From IMG/VR virus record IMGVR_UViG_3300011337_000167: DNA of 64,000 nucleotides. One strand, 5' to 3'. The position numbers and the translations under genes are program-made. Source of the DNA: an uncultured virus (IMG/VR IMGVR_UViG_3300011337_000167) (Duplodnaviria; Heunggongvirae; Uroviricota; Caudoviricetes). Below are positions 10,552-20,687 of the stretch, piece after piece. The notes under the pieces are model-generated. The model ran no database searches. It was not told the DNA's origin and saw nothing but the letters and a program-made list of their open reading frames with translations. The first letter of the stretch is position 1, and each line of letters starts with the position of its first letter.

Positions 10552-11015
10552 TACTGTTTTATCTCAAGGAGGGTTATGGTTGAAACGGCACTACCTAATT
10601 GCACATATGCCGCAGAACCGCCTGATGGTGTTCTAAATTGTGTTTTATAAGTTGTTGATGATGTAGTGGCTGGTGAATCTAAATAAGCAGTGGAAACACT
10701 ACCAAAATAATTGGCTGTTCCTTCTCCCGTATTTCCGTCATCTTCTCCCATTTGCGCAATATTGGTTGCGCCTCTAAACAACCTTATAGATACTTGCTGA
10801 TTGCCTGCTTTTCCAACACCGTTTTGACTTACAATAACTAATATTTTGCTAGTTGCGCTAGTTGGAGTAATAGAAGCTGTTAGCCCAGTATCTGCATAAG
10901 TACTTGATGTGTTTGTTGTAAAAGTTGAGTAGGTCGCATTTACCGTCTGAATCACAGACCCCGTAGGCATGCCACTAGCTGGAACCCCAGTATCGCCACT
11001 TAGAATTAAAGGCAT
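10551..11015 (-). CDS. Tail fibre-associated protein
   Basis: GSVIQTV..ITPTSATSKILV..DSPATTSSTTYK motif. Confidence 0.6.
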   Translation of the reverse strand: MPLILSGDTGVPASGMPTGSVIQTVNATYSTFTTNTSSTYADTGLTASITPTSATSKILVIVSQNGVGKAGNQQVSIRLFRGATNIAQMGEDDGNTGEGTANYFGSVSTAYLDSPATTSSTTYKTQFRTPSGGSAAYVQLGSAVSTITLLEIKQ

Positions 11016-11018
11016 AAT

Positions 11019-11555
11019 TTACCCCACCAAGAAGCCACAGAAGTAGCCTGAGTTATCAATGATTACATTACCAGCAGGGCAATCCGTTTTAAATTGAACT
11101 GCATCGTTTACATTTAAGTAATATTGGAGAGAAATAATATAGGTAAGGTTTCCAGAGCTTACCCCAGAAGCGTCTGTATATGCACCTGCTCCTGAAAGAA
11201 TAGACCCATTAATAAACATGTTCATAGCAAAATATGCAAGGCCATTTCTACTAACCCATATTTTTGCAGTCAGACTATAAAATCCAGCAACTGGGGCTGT
11301 AAATGTATTTGTACTTGTGCTGTATGCAGAACCAATATTAGTAATGGCTGTATCAAAAGTAATTACAGTGCCACTAGGAACAGTCTGTACTCCAGTCTTT
11401 TTAGCGTAAAAAGCAGTGCGTAGTGGAGTAAGTGGCCTGCCAGAAGCGTCTAAAGTAAGCGAAGTCACCCCAGCATTTTGAAGCGCTATTGCGCCTGAGT
11501 TGTCAGGTGTAGTAATCAGACCAGACGAGGTTGAGGCGTTGATTGTTGTTGTCAT
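11019..11555 (-). CDS. C1q-like domain tail protein
   Basis: FTAPVAGFY and FCGFLV motifs. Confidence 0.65.
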   Translation of the reverse strand: MTTTINASTSSGLITTPDNSGAIALQNAGVTSLTLDASGRPLTPLRTAFYAKKTGVQTVPSGTVITFDTAITNIGSAYSTSTNTFTAPVAGFYSLTAKIWVSRNGLAYFAMNMFINGSILSGAGAYTDASGVSSGNLTYIISLQYYLNVNDAVQFKTDCPAGNVIIDNSGYFCGFLVG

Positions 11556-12076
11556 TATGCAGCCCTCAAAAGACAGCCGTTAAAGTAAGTGAAAGCTATA
11601 CCTGCATCTAATGCTTGCCCACCACGTATAAACCCATAGGCTTCAATGTAATCAGTAGAGCCATTGCAATACACAAGAGTATTTGCGGTAAATAAACCAG
11701 AAGTACCGTCAACGTTTCCAGTTGAAAACCCTTGCTTGTAACGGCTACCGTTTTTATAGATTGCCAAATTACCCGTAGTAAAAAATGCTCCTACTTGAAA
11801 TGCCGCATTTATTTGGTAATAGCCAGCAACGGTAGGGGTAAATGTAGAGTTTGCAAAGTTATTGTTTGTGTCAAATTCTTCTGTTTCAAATAACAGTTTT
11901 GTATATGTTGAAGAACCAAGCGTTTGACTGCCAGTTTTATAAGCACTAAACGCAGGGCCAGCTACGTTCAACGTACCAGACTGCGGAGCCAAAGTAATAG
12001 TAGTAGACCCCGAAACCGCTGGAGCTTGCAGAACCACAGAGCCCGATGTATCGCCAAGGATAGTCAAATTACTCAT
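11555..12076 (-). CDS. C1q-like domain tail protein
   Basis: PAFSAY, FTPTVAGYYQI motifs; start MSNLT. Confidence 0.65.
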   Translation of the reverse strand: MSNLTILGDTSGSVVLQAPAVSGSTTITLAPQSGTLNVAGPAFSAYKTGSQTLGSSTYTKLLFETEEFDTNNNFANSTFTPTVAGYYQINAAFQVGAFFTTGNLAIYKNGSRYKQGFSTGNVDGTSGLFTANTLVYCNGSTDYIEAYGFIRGGQALDAGIAFTYFNGCLLRAA

Positions 12077-12285
12077 AAAATTACCCACCTAGAACCTGAA
12101 GGAATTGTTACGCTGACGCCACTTGCGATTGTGATTGGTCCTGTAGACATAGCGCTTGAGCCAGCCGTAATTGTGTAGTTCGTGCTAATCGTTTGGGTAT
12201 TCTCGTATACAGGCACGGATGGAGCAAACGCAACAGTACCCGACCCACCACCAATCATCGCACTTTGGACTTTAGTTAATGGCAT
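12073..12285 (-). CDS. Small tail protein
   Basis: GPITIASGVSVTIPSGSRWVIL C-terminus. Confidence 0.6.
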   Translation of the reverse strand: MPLTKVQSAMIGGGSGTVAFAPSVPVYENTQTISTNYTITAGSSAMSTGPITIASGVSVTIPSGSRWVIL

Positions 12286-12488
12286 TAGGGTAGCTCCTTC
12301 ACATAGTCTTTAGCATCAGTCATCACATTCCCATCCGCATCAAGAAGTTGGGCTTCGTCAGCAAGGATTTCTTTCTTGAAGTTTGCGTAGTCGGTGTTGG
12401 CTTGGTCGAATGGGATGAAAGCGTTGTCGGATAAACGCTCTACGCAATTAACTTGTTTTGTGTCTGGTTGTATGCAAAGTTTATACAT
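12285..12488 (-). CDS. Tail fibre assembly-like small protein
   Basis: FIPFDQANTDY motif next to fibre gene. Confidence 0.55.
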   Translation of the reverse strand: MYKLCIQPDTKQVNCVERLSDNAFIPFDQANTDYANFKKEILADEAQLLDADGNVMTDAKDYVKELP

Positions 12489-12496
12489 GATATTCC

Positions 12497-13549
12497 TTAT
12501 AGTTCAATCGCAGCAGTATATGTAAAATAATAAGCTGTGCCTGCGGTTGCCGATGTGGAATAACCAACAAACCCGTCTGTATTTGGACCAAGATAATATC
12601 CACCTAAACCACCAGCAGCTCCTGTTGCTACATAAGTTACTGTTGGGTTTGCTCGTTTAGTTACTTTGAACACACCAGAATAAACACCATAGTTATCTGA
12701 ACTTCTTGAACCAGCACCAGTAATGCCAGTTTCATAATACCTCTGACACAAAGCCAATTCAGTTCCATAAGGTCTGTAATCAAAGCTAGTAGCTGTAGAG
12801 CCTACTTCGAGTTGAACTCCTGTGATGTAGAATGTTGCTCCGTTTGTTCCGACTACGGATGTTGCTCCTGTGGCTGATAAAACATTAATTGATTGCCAAG
12901 AGCCAGCAGTCCCACTTAAAGAAGAACCAACACCCATACCAAACCATAGATAAGCACCAGCACCATTTGTTGTGTAATAAGTTCCGCTAGTATCGCCAAC
13001 TATAGTTATTGATTTTTGTTCCCAAGTGTTTGCAGAAGAAATTGTGTATGTAAATGGGTATGAACGACCCACATCGCTAGATTCAATAGAGCCGCCAAAA
13101 GTCCCAGTTAAACTAGATTGAACCCAAAAAGATAAAGTAACTGTTTTAGCATTTGCAGTTCCCCAATTAAGGTCTGCCATGTTATAGCCTTCAATTGGCT
13201 GACCAATTGCATAGTAATCACTTGAACCTAATGAAGTTGTGGCTAATGAAGTAACTTTCAATGAATTAACAAATCCTGCTGGAGCAGTAGAACTTTGTTG
13301 CAATGAATATTTAGAAGCAGTTGAAGTTTGATAATTCCACCTATCTAATACATAAGTTCTAGCGGCAGTTGTTGTTGCAGTAACACTAGCACCAGCATTA
13401 CGCTGGTCAATCACCATCGCACCATTGATGATTCTGTTCTTGAACCCAGTCACGCCCGCAGTAGTACCTGTACCCCCACCAGTAGAGGCAAGAATACCAG
13501 TCGTACCTGCGTTAGTACCGAGAGCGCCTAAGTTAGCTGCTTGTGTCAT
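12497..13549 (-). CDS. Tail fibre protein
   Basis: FKNRIINGAM..GVQLEVGSTATSFDYRPYGTELALCQRYY motif. Confidence 0.75.
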   Translation of the reverse strand: MTQAANLGALGTNAGTTGILASTGGGTGTTAGVTGFKNRIINGAMVIDQRNAGASVTATTTAARTYVLDRWNYQTSTASKYSLQQSSTAPAGFVNSLKVTSLATTSLGSSDYYAIGQPIEGYNMADLNWGTANAKTVTLSFWVQSSLTGTFGGSIESSDVGRSYPFTYTISSANTWEQKSITIVGDTSGTYYTTNGAGAYLWFGMGVGSSLSGTAGSWQSINVLSATGATSVVGTNGATFYITGVQLEVGSTATSFDYRPYGTELALCQRYYETGITGAGSRSSDNYGVYSGVFKVTKRANPTVTYVATGAAGGLGGYYLGPNTDGFVGYSTSATAGTAYYFTYTAAIEL

Positions 13550-13773
13550 GCTGTTACTCCTAACGCTTTTAACTCGTCAAGTGTGGTTGCTTGGTCAGCT
13601 AGTTGGGTAATATCTCTAAGTCTTTGCTTTTTAGCTACGATTGCAGTTGTGTCTGCACCAGACTCTAATGCTCGTTGAAACGCAACATCTTGGGCTTCTA
13701 GCAAAGGTTTACGCTCTGCTCTTAGACGGTCTTTAGTAATTGCTTTGGCTTTGTTTAGATTAATCGTAATCAT
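13546..13773 (-). CDS. Tail fibre chaperone-like protein
   Basis: RAERKPLL..KQRLRDIT motif. Confidence 0.55.
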   Translation of the reverse strand: MITINLNKAKAITKDRLRAERKPLLEAQDVAFQRALESGADTTAIVAKKQRLRDITQLADQATTLDELKALGVTA

Positions 13774-14027
13774 GCTTGCTCCTTAACAGCTTGCTCTGCA
13801 AACCATGCGTCTGCTCCGATACCAACACCATCTGGGTTGCTAAAGTCAGCTTCCCAAGCATTAAAGAATTCGTTGTATTGCTCAGGTAAGTCTGCGGAAT
13901 CAACAACTTTATAAGGCACACCCGCTGGAACATCTTTGCGGCATACCTCTTCGATTGCTAGTTCGCCAGTTGGGTAAACCACGGCTACAGAACCGTTTTC
14001 TTGTGGGTAAATAATTACTTGTGCCAT
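13770..14027 (-). CDS. Tail fibre chaperone-like protein
   Basis: KDVPAGVPYKVV..FNAWE motif. Confidence 0.55.
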   Translation of the reverse strand: MAQVIIYPQENGSVAVVYPTGELAIEEVCRKDVPAGVPYKVVDSADLPEQYNEFFNAWEADFSNPDGVGIGADAWFAEQAVKEQA

Positions 14028-14036
14028 GTTTATTCC

Positions 14037-15290
14037 TTATCTGACCGCCATGAACCAAAACTGAACAGGGTCTTCAATAGTTGCTGAATCGTTAAGCATC
14101 GTATAAAAACGAGCAGAAGTCGTAAATTGATTATATGTGCCTGAATTGTTTAAACACATCAATACAGGTCGTTGTGTTGCACTATTTCTGCGACCCATTC
14201 CTAACATAGTGTAATTTGCATCAGGGAATGTAAACGAATAATTGACTGTGTAATCACCAGTTCCGTTTCTAGTTACAGAAGAAACCCCACCTGAAGCATT
14301 AATAGTTCCACTAGCACCAGCAAAATTTACCCATGCACGACATCCGTATGCAGTAGCTACTGAGCCGTAACCTGAGTTGAATTGAAGAAGTCCAGCAGAG
14401 GTAATACGAGCTTGCTCTGTGTTATTTGTTCCAAACACTAAGCCATTGTTATCTCGGTTATACATATAAGCAAGACCATCAGTAGCTTGAGCAAAATCAA
14501 CACCAGTTGAAGAACCACTGCTTACACGAACACTTGTAAATCCAGCATTTTTTACTTGCAGTCCACCACCAGCCGCAAATGTAGGACTACTAGTACCAAT
14601 ACCTACATTACCACTAGAGTCGATACGCATTGCCTCTGCACCGCCCTCAGAGAACGCTATTGTGTCCGCAGCGGGGAAAAAGATACCTGTGTTGGTATCG
14701 CCGTTGTTTGTAATTGAGGGGGTAGATGCAGAACCGTCGGCGAAGTTAATCGTTACGTCATTAGCGATGTTTGCGCTTGAGACTGCGCCTGCTGTGTTTG
14801 GTATGGCATTTAATACGCTGGACACCAAGAAAGACTCAACCGTTAATAAGTTACCCGCAGATGCGCCTGTGGCTAGGACTACTGTAGTGCCGTTTGTTGC
14901 TGTGTAGTCGGCTGAACCCAGCAGTACGCCATTGAGATAGACGTTAATAAATCCTACGGTGTAGCTTGGCGGTGTAAATGTAGTCTGGCTAGCAGTTGCT
15001 GTGAACTCGGTAACGGTTCTGTATGCTGTGGTTGTTACGCCTGTTACTGGGATACCAAGATAACGGCATGAGATGTTACCTGTACCGCTCGGAGGCGCAG
15101 CTGAGAATGTAATCGTGTTACCAACAACACCATATGTGCTTGGGTCTTGAAGAACGCCAGATACCGCTACAAGAACGTTAGTAACCCCAGCAGGAGCCAC
15201 CGACATTGTAAATGCCGTAGTAGAGCCGTTACCAGAAAATTGGTCGGTAACAAAAGCCGATTGGTATATGGGGTTTCCTATAATTGCCAA
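14037..15290 (-). CDS. Tail fibre protein (TTG start)
   Basis: FSGNGSTTAF, MRIDSSGNVGIGT, RAWVNF motifs; GGAG-6nt-TTG start inside HNH 3' end. Confidence 0.75.
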   Translation of the reverse strand: MAIIGNPIYQSAFVTDQFSGNGSTTAFTMSVAPAGVTNVLVAVSGVLQDPSTYGVVGNTITFSAAPPSGTGNISCRYLGIPVTGVTTTAYRTVTEFTATASQTTFTPPSYTVGFINVYLNGVLLGSADYTATNGTTVVLATGASAGNLLTVESFLVSSVLNAIPNTAGAVSSANIANDVTINFADGSASTPSITNNGDTNTGIFFPAADTIAFSEGGAEAMRIDSSGNVGIGTSSPTFAAGGGLQVKNAGFTSVRVSSGSSTGVDFAQATDGLAYMYNRDNNGLVFGTNNTEQARITSAGLLQFNSGYGSVATAYGCRAWVNFAGASGTINASGGVSSVTRNGTGDYTVNYSFTFPDANYTMLGMGRRNSATQRPVLMCLNNSGTYNQFTTSARFYTMLNDSATIEDPVQFWFMAVR

Positions 15291-15727
15291 AATAAACTCC
15301 GATACGCTTTAGTTTTGCGGAAGTTTTTGCAAGTTATGCACATACGAGTCTTTCTATCCGTATTAGGGTTGAGCTTCCAATAAGTATTCTTTTCAGTAAA
15401 CTCATGCCCGTGTTTACAATACGTAACCAGTCGTTGTGGGTTCAATACCCCCCGCAATCCACGCTGAACATTTATCTTATGCGTAACTGCTTCTAAATGC
15501 TCTGGGTTAACGCATGCTGGGTTTCTACATAAATGGTCTAAGTGCATATTATCTGGTATTTGACCCTTAAATGCCACATATGCTAGGCGATGCGCATACA
15601 TAGATTTGCCTTGATATGGTGTTCTACCATAGCCAGCCGTAGTTAGCTTGCGATTCCATACCCAGCAACCATTATCTGCTGGTGTAGAGCAAGACTTTAT
15701 GCGGTCAGGTAAAGATGCGTATGGCAT
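15278..15727 (-). mobile_element. Free-standing HNH homing endonuclease
   Basis: CWVW..YAHRLAY..LDHLCRNPACVNPEHLEAVT..N plus C-terminal CKHGHEF zinc motif. Confidence 0.85.
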
Positions 15728-15730
15728 TAT

Positions 15731-16498
15731 TCAAAAGAAAGCTGTCACAATAATTACACCGGAACCGCCGTTTCCACCAGTTAACCCACCAAAAGATCCA
15801 CCAGCGCCACCAGCACCTACAGCATAAGAGTATGTAGCGGCTGGAGACGTTATATAAAACTCACAGTAGCCGCCAGCACCACCACCGCCAGCACCATAAG
15901 GTTGTCCTGAGTTTGATCCGCCGCCAGCACCGCCACCACCGCCCGTATTAGGTTTACCCGACTGTCCACTAACATTGTTTGAACCACCTTGCCCACGGCC
16001 CTCGCCACCAAAAGCAGACGCACCACCATTTCCACCCCAAGCCCCTGTGTTGGGAACTGCGTTAGGGCCCCCATCGCCGCCTTGTAAGGCTAAACCTACA
16101 GCTCCCGAAGGGAGAGCAGCAGTTCCACCATTACCACCATTATCATTTACTATTCCAGCACCACCACCACCAGCAAGACCGCCAGAGCCAAATGTAGTGT
16201 TCCCGCCGCCAGCACCATTACCTGCGGAAGAGTTAGCGGCGGTTCCACCGCCACCGCCACCACCAACCATTTTTACATATAAATAACGGCAGTTACTAGG
16301 TGTTGTATACGTCCCAGAGCCAGATGTATAAATAGTTATTTGAGGCGCACTTCCAGTAATTATTGGAGATGTAATAGTAGGCGAAGTAATAGTAGGTGAA
16401 GTAATAGTAGGTGAAGACTGTGTGCCACCATTAATTACTGGGCTAGTCAGCGTAAGCGGAGCGTCTAAACCTTTTTGATTTACTGTGGAGATGGGCAT
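15731..16498 (-). CDS. Glycine-rich tail protein
   Basis: VGGGGGGG..GGSGVIIV glycine-rich domain. Confidence 0.7.
   Translation of the reverse strand: MPISTVNQKGLDAPLTLTSPVINGGTQSSPTITSPTITSPTITSPIITGSAPQITIYTSGSGTYTTPSNCRYLYVKMVGGGGGGGTAANSSAGNGAGGGNTTFGSGGLAGGGGAGIVNDNGGNGGTAALPSGAVGLALQGGDGGPNAVPNTGAWGGNGGASAFGGEGRGQGGSNNVSGQSGKPNTGGGGGAGGGSNSGQPYGAGGGGAGGYCEFYITSPAATYSYAVGAGGAGGSFGGLTGGNGGSGVIIVTAFF
16371..16415. repeat. 3x 15-bp tandem repeat GTAATAGTAGGYGAA (SPTIT)
   Basis: Seen directly. Confidence 0.85.
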
Positions 16499-17826
16499 TA
16501 TGCGACTCCTTTTAATGCTTGAACTTCTGCTTTAGTTGCGTCTAGTTCTGCTTTAAGTTCTTGGATTGCAGCGGTTAGTGTAGCCACAAGGAAAGAGGTG
16601 TCAATGCCTTGATATTTAGGTCTTGTTTGCTCGTTGCCTTCTTCGTCAATATATGTTTCAACAGCATCCTTTTCACCAGTTACGCAATCAGGCACTACTG
16701 CTTGTAGTTCGTGAGCAATAAAGCCTTGACCATTAGAGCCATCTACTTTCCATGTATAAGTTACAGGTTTAAGTTGTGCGACTTTAGCCAAAGCACCTGT
16801 CATTGGTGCAATGTTTTCTTTAAGTCGATAGTCGGATGAAGTAACATAAGCAGTAGCACTAAGTGTATTTGTAATGCTACCTACTTGACTGCCGTTTCTA
16901 TAAAACAGAACATAATTTTCTGTTGCGGAAGTTGAACGCAATTCATTAAAAAGCATTGGTTCAATACCAGCACTACCATTGGCAGTTAAAACAAGTCTTT
17001 GTGTACCACTAGGGCTTGAAGTTCCACCGATAAAAAGAGTGCCAGCAGAGTTAATACGCATACGCTCTGTAGCAAGGGTAGAAAAACCAAGCATATCGTT
17101 ATTAGGTCTAAATAAGCCAGTACCATATGCAGTTGTATCGCCTGTAATAGCTATTGCTTGGTTTGTTCCGCTACCATTTACTCTTCCTCTAACAATTAAA
17201 TAGCTATTGTCGCCACCTGTAGAGCTTTGCCTACCGACATACACAGTTTTATTTGCAGTATCTACAACTAAATCACCAGCAGTAACTCCAGCAGAGCTTG
17301 AAGAAACATCTAGCTTTCCAGTAGGACTAGCCGTACCAATCCCAACATTACCACTAGAGTCAATACGCATACGCTCTGTTCTAGAAGCAGTGCCACCGTT
17401 ATATAGTGCTATTCCTTCTGCAGTGCCTACAGTGACCCGACCTAAACCTGTAACGTAGTCAACAATCACCCCATCAACAAATGAGTTACCAAAGTCGCCC
17501 TCGGCTAAGTACCCGCCAGTAGCTCTGATGTCACCAATAACGGTTGGGTCTTGGGAGATGGCTTGGTAAGTCGTAATCAGACTTGTGTACTCAACCCAGA
17601 TGTTGTTTGTGCCAGATAACGGTGCGCTAGAGAATGTAATTGCATTACCAGCTACGGTAAAACTTGAACTTGGGTTTTGGATAACGTTGTCAATAGCAAC
17701 AATCACCTGCGCCACAGAAGCAATAGGGCGTGATAGCGTAAACGTTACAGTAACGCCATCACCATTGAAGTAATCAATAGCTGGGGTAAATCCTTGGTTC
17801 TCAACAGTATTGCCGATGTATGCCAT
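16498..17826 (-). CDS. Tail fibre with S74 autocleaving chaperone domain
   Basis: TSSDYRLKENI, GFIAHELQ, C-terminal coiled coil. Confidence 0.85.
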   Translation of the reverse strand: MAYIGNTVENQGFTPAIDYFNGDGVTVTFTLSRPIASVAQVIVAIDNVIQNPSSSFTVAGNAITFSSAPLSGTNNIWVEYTSLITTYQAISQDPTVIGDIRATGGYLAEGDFGNSFVDGVIVDYVTGLGRVTVGTAEGIALYNGGTASRTERMRIDSSGNVGIGTASPTGKLDVSSSSAGVTAGDLVVDTANKTVYVGRQSSTGGDNSYLIVRGRVNGSGTNQAIAITGDTTAYGTGLFRPNNDMLGFSTLATERMRINSAGTLFIGGTSSPSGTQRLVLTANGSAGIEPMLFNELRSTSATENYVLFYRNGSQVGSITNTLSATAYVTSSDYRLKENIAPMTGALAKVAQLKPVTYTWKVDGSNGQGFIAHELQAVVPDCVTGEKDAVETYIDEEGNEQTRPKYQGIDTSFLVATLTAAIQELKAELDATKAEVQALKGVA

Positions 17827-17827
17827 A

Positions 17828-18154
17828 TTAGGTCGCAGTCAAAGCAGAAACAAACGCATCACAAGAAGTCGCTGTACCAGCAACAACAGTCAACGAATCA
17901 CTAGTCTTCATAACCACACGGTTGCCTTGGATCACCTCAAGCGAACCACCAACAGGCACAGTAGCTTGATAGACGAGGTAGTAGTTCACTGAACTACGAG
18001 TAATGTAGGCACTAACTGTAATTGGGCTTGCCCCTGTATTTGCTAGGATAAGGCTTGATACCGCAACAGTGCCCGAAGCAATTGATGAGATAGCAGTTGA
18101 GCCAGACGTACTAACGTTCTTTACCGCATAGGAATTGTTTGAATAAGTTGGCAT
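17828..18154 (-). CDS. Virion structural protein
   Basis: ORF in structural operon. Confidence 0.5.
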   Translation of the reverse strand: MPTYSNNSYAVKNVSTSGSTAISSIASGTVAVSSLILANTGASPITVSAYITRSSVNYYLVYQATVPVGGSLEVIQGNRVVMKTSDSLTVVAGTATSCDAFVSALTAT

Positions 18155-18155
18155 A

Positions 18156-18737
18156 TTAACCCATCATAAAAGATAAAAAGTACGCATCGTCAGGAGTGGC
18201 GGCTGTGTTGGCTGCCCATGTTGGGGCTGTGCCATTTGAAGTAAGGATATAACCGTTAGCACCAAGCGTTAATTTGTCCAAAGAAGTTGTGGTGTTTGCA
18301 AAGAGCATATCGCCCACTGCATAACTAGAAATACCAGTACCGCCGTAAACCGCACCAATCGTAGTGGCGTTCCAAGTTCCTGAACTAATTGTGCCCAGTG
18401 CAGATACATTATTAGACGCATCAAGGTTTACAGACTGCTCAGACGGATAGGTAACAAAGACTGTCTGGACACCAGTAGAAAAGTTAATTAGCGCAGTAGT
18501 GCCTAGGCTATTGGATAAAACAGTAGTACGAGCAAGAGTCGGTCCAGTAGTTGAGTACGTACCAATTCCGACTTCCCAGTTGTTACCGCCTTGGTCAGCA
18601 ATCGTGTAGAACGTAGTATTCCCGTTGCCAATAACGGCAAACGATTGGAAACCTAGAGCCGCCCCTAGTAAGGTAACAGCACCAGTACCTGGAGCAGCGG
18701 CTGTTTCTTGGACACGATCTGCTAAAACCAGAGCCAT
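18156..18737 (-). CDS. Tail protein
   Basis: MALVLADRVQET..WEVGIGTY motif. Confidence 0.6.
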   Translation of the reverse strand: MALVLADRVQETAAAPGTGAVTLLGAALGFQSFAVIGNGNTTFYTIADQGGNNWEVGIGTYSTTGPTLARTTVLSNSLGTTALINFSTGVQTVFVTYPSEQSVNLDASNNVSALGTISSGTWNATTIGAVYGGTGISSYAVGDMLFANTTTSLDKLTLGANGYILTSNGTAPTWAANTAATPDDAYFLSFMMG

Positions 18738-18747
18738 TTATAGCTCC

Positions 18748-19341
18748 TTAGCCAGCGGCAGATAGGGTGTACGTAACGTTGATGGTATCGCCAGAAGTAA
18801 CTGTTTTAGAACCAGCCGTAAACGCACCGATACTAAATAGTGTGCCTGTGGTGTTATCAATCGCTGTAGATCCACCCACGTTAATGAACGCACCGTAAAC
18901 AGTACCCGAACTAGTCATGCTAAACACGACAGCGGCACTTGTTGCCAAAACGGAAGGGTTTGCGGTTGTAGCTGCTGAAAAACTTGGGGTCTTGCGTGTA
19001 CCAGAGTACGTAGGGGCATTTGCACCGCCAACTTCAAACCAACCAGCATGGCTAGCTTGAGTATCTGCATAAGCAGGAGTAAACGTAGCTGAACCATTAG
19101 CGCCTCCTAAGCCCATAACAATAGCGCCACCGCCTGTATTGCCAAAGTAAGAGTCCATTAAGTTCTTACGACCTACGTTGGTGGTAAGGTTTTCAATAGT
19201 GTCAGACCACTTTTCAACGCCGTTAGCGTCATAGCATGTAGCTACATATACGCCTTCTAAGCCTACAGTCTCAACAGCCCCACCACCAAAACAAGCGGTT
19301 GCCGCAGTAATGTCGCCAAATTTTGTTATTTCGGAACTCAT
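18748..19341 (-). CDS. Tail-associated structural protein
   Basis: GDTINVTY C-terminus, synteny. Confidence 0.55.
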   Translation of the reverse strand: MSSEITKFGDITAATACFGGGAVETVGLEGVYVATCYDANGVEKWSDTIENLTTNVGRKNLMDSYFGNTGGGAIVMGLGGANGSATFTPAYADTQASHAGWFEVGGANAPTYSGTRKTPSFSAATTANPSVLATSAAVVFSMTSSGTVYGAFINVGGSTAIDNTTGTLFSIGAFTAGSKTVTSGDTINVTYTLSAAG

Positions 19342-19350
19342 AAATACTCC

Positions 19351-19773
19351 TTATGTAAATCTAATAATGGCGTTTGTTGCGTCCGCCGTTGGGAAAGTTA
19401 CAGTAAACGTATTAGTAGCTGTTTTATCTGAACCAAAATCTAACACCGCAACTGCCGCATTTGTAGTGCTATTGTAGATCAAGGCACCTCTAGCAGTAAA
19501 GCTAGCGGGGTTCCAAGTAGTGTTCTGAAACGATATATACGCTACCTGATCTGTAGTCGCAGGAACAATAGGAGTTAGGGTATTACCCCCAGCCGTATAG
19601 CCTGTACCCGTTATTTCATTGGTTGTTGTGTAAATTAGGGTTTCGTAGGATAAATTAGCAAGTGCCGTATACAGGGCTATCTTATATACGTACGAAGTGC
19701 CAGCAGCAAAGTTCTCCAACCCGCTTAAGCAGTTCTTTTTAAATACCGTACATTGACCTTGTTGAATAGGCAT
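19351..19773 (-). CDS. Tail-associated structural protein
   Basis: KIALYT..GYTAGG..ARGALIYN motif. Confidence 0.6.
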   Translation of the reverse strand: MPIQQGQCTVFKKNCLSGLENFAAGTSYVYKIALYTALANLSYETLIYTTTNEITGTGYTAGGNTLTPIVPATTDQVAYISFQNTTWNPASFTARGALIYNSTTNAAVAVLDFGSDKTATNTFTVTFPTADATNAIIRFT

Positions 19774-20687
19774 TATGGGTTAACCTTAATCTTTGCTTGC
19801 CCATCCCTGTAGGCATCACCACGCTCAAGACCTGTACCAAGACGGTTGAGCTGCGACATGGCATCTTGAAATTGCTTTTCGTAATAAGCGACCATATCCT
19901 GCTCACCTTTTTGGAACAGAATAGCTTCACGTAATGAGCCATATAGCAAGCAGGGGTCGTAGTTATCGCCAAGCCAGCTTGTACCAAGGGTGTTATCAAC
20001 CGCCGTAACAGTAAAAGCAAAGCCAGAGCCAGTACCCCCAAGGTTCGTTGTAGAGGCTGAAACAACGTCACCAACCACATAAAAGTTACCAAGATTGTTA
20101 AAGCGGACGTTCGTAACTACGTTGCCAGATACCGTAATATTAGCCGTTGCGCCCGCTCCAGAACCGCCTGTAATAGGCACGTTACTGTACAAGTTGTTGA
20201 TATAGCCAGATCCTGCCGTGATAGTTCCCGCAGAAATAGCCCCCTGCACAATTGATGTAGGGTAGTAATAGTAGTGAAGCTCAACGTTATAACTAGAGTC
20301 TGGGGTAGGTCCTAGAATAAAAGACAGTTCGTTAGTGTTCGTGTACTGAGACCCAAACAAAGCATAGTACTTAGGCAACCCTGTATCTGTAGGCTGTGGG
20401 TACGATTCACGAATAAAGTTAACATCTTTGTTAAGCAAATAGTCATAGCTTCCGTCGGCTTTAATCACTGCCATTGAAAAACTAGACAGGTAGTCATTTG
20501 GGCAACTTAAGTACTTATTACTAGCCGTAAGCGTACCTGTCACGTTTTTACGTAACGACGGTATTTGAACTGTGTTGTATATCCGCTCTTCTGCTTGACG
20601 GACAAAAGTAGATATATTCTCTACGAACAGTTGTTCGCTAGACTCCGCATAGTCCTGAACGGCTTGATATAGCTGAACGTAATTCAC
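19773..20687 (-). CDS. Head-tail adaptor / tail tubular A-like protein
   Basis: AEERIYN, GLPKYYA, LGPTPD, LLYGSL motifs with internal beta insertion. Confidence 0.6.
   Translation of the reverse strand: MNYVQLYQAVQDYAESSEQLFVENISTFVRQAEERIYNTVQIPSLRKNVTGTLTASNKYLSCPNDYLSSFSMAVIKADGSYDYLLNKDVNFIRESYPQPTDTGLPKYYALFGSQYTNTNELSFILGPTPDSSYNVELHYYYYPTSIVQGAISAGTITAGSGYINNLYSNVPITGGSGAGATANITVSGNVVTNVRFNNLGNFYVVGDVVSASTTNLGGTGSGFAFTVTAVDNTLGTSWLGDNYDPCLLYGSLREAILFQKGEQDMVAYYEKQFQDAMSQLNRLGTGLERGDAYRDGQAKIKVNP

Noticed and set aside
15282..15718. Group I intron around the HNH
   Set aside because: Insert is entirely coding with no recognisable ribozyme core, and the downstream gene has its own RBS and start.
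15968..15981. Stray near-copy of the early palindrome (ACTAACATTGTTTG)
   Set aside because: Broken right arm, isolated, explained by Asn-Asn-Val codons.
8715..17826. Diversity-generating retroelement or invertible fibre cassette
   Set aside because: No reverse transcriptase or recombinase, and no TR/VR pair seen.
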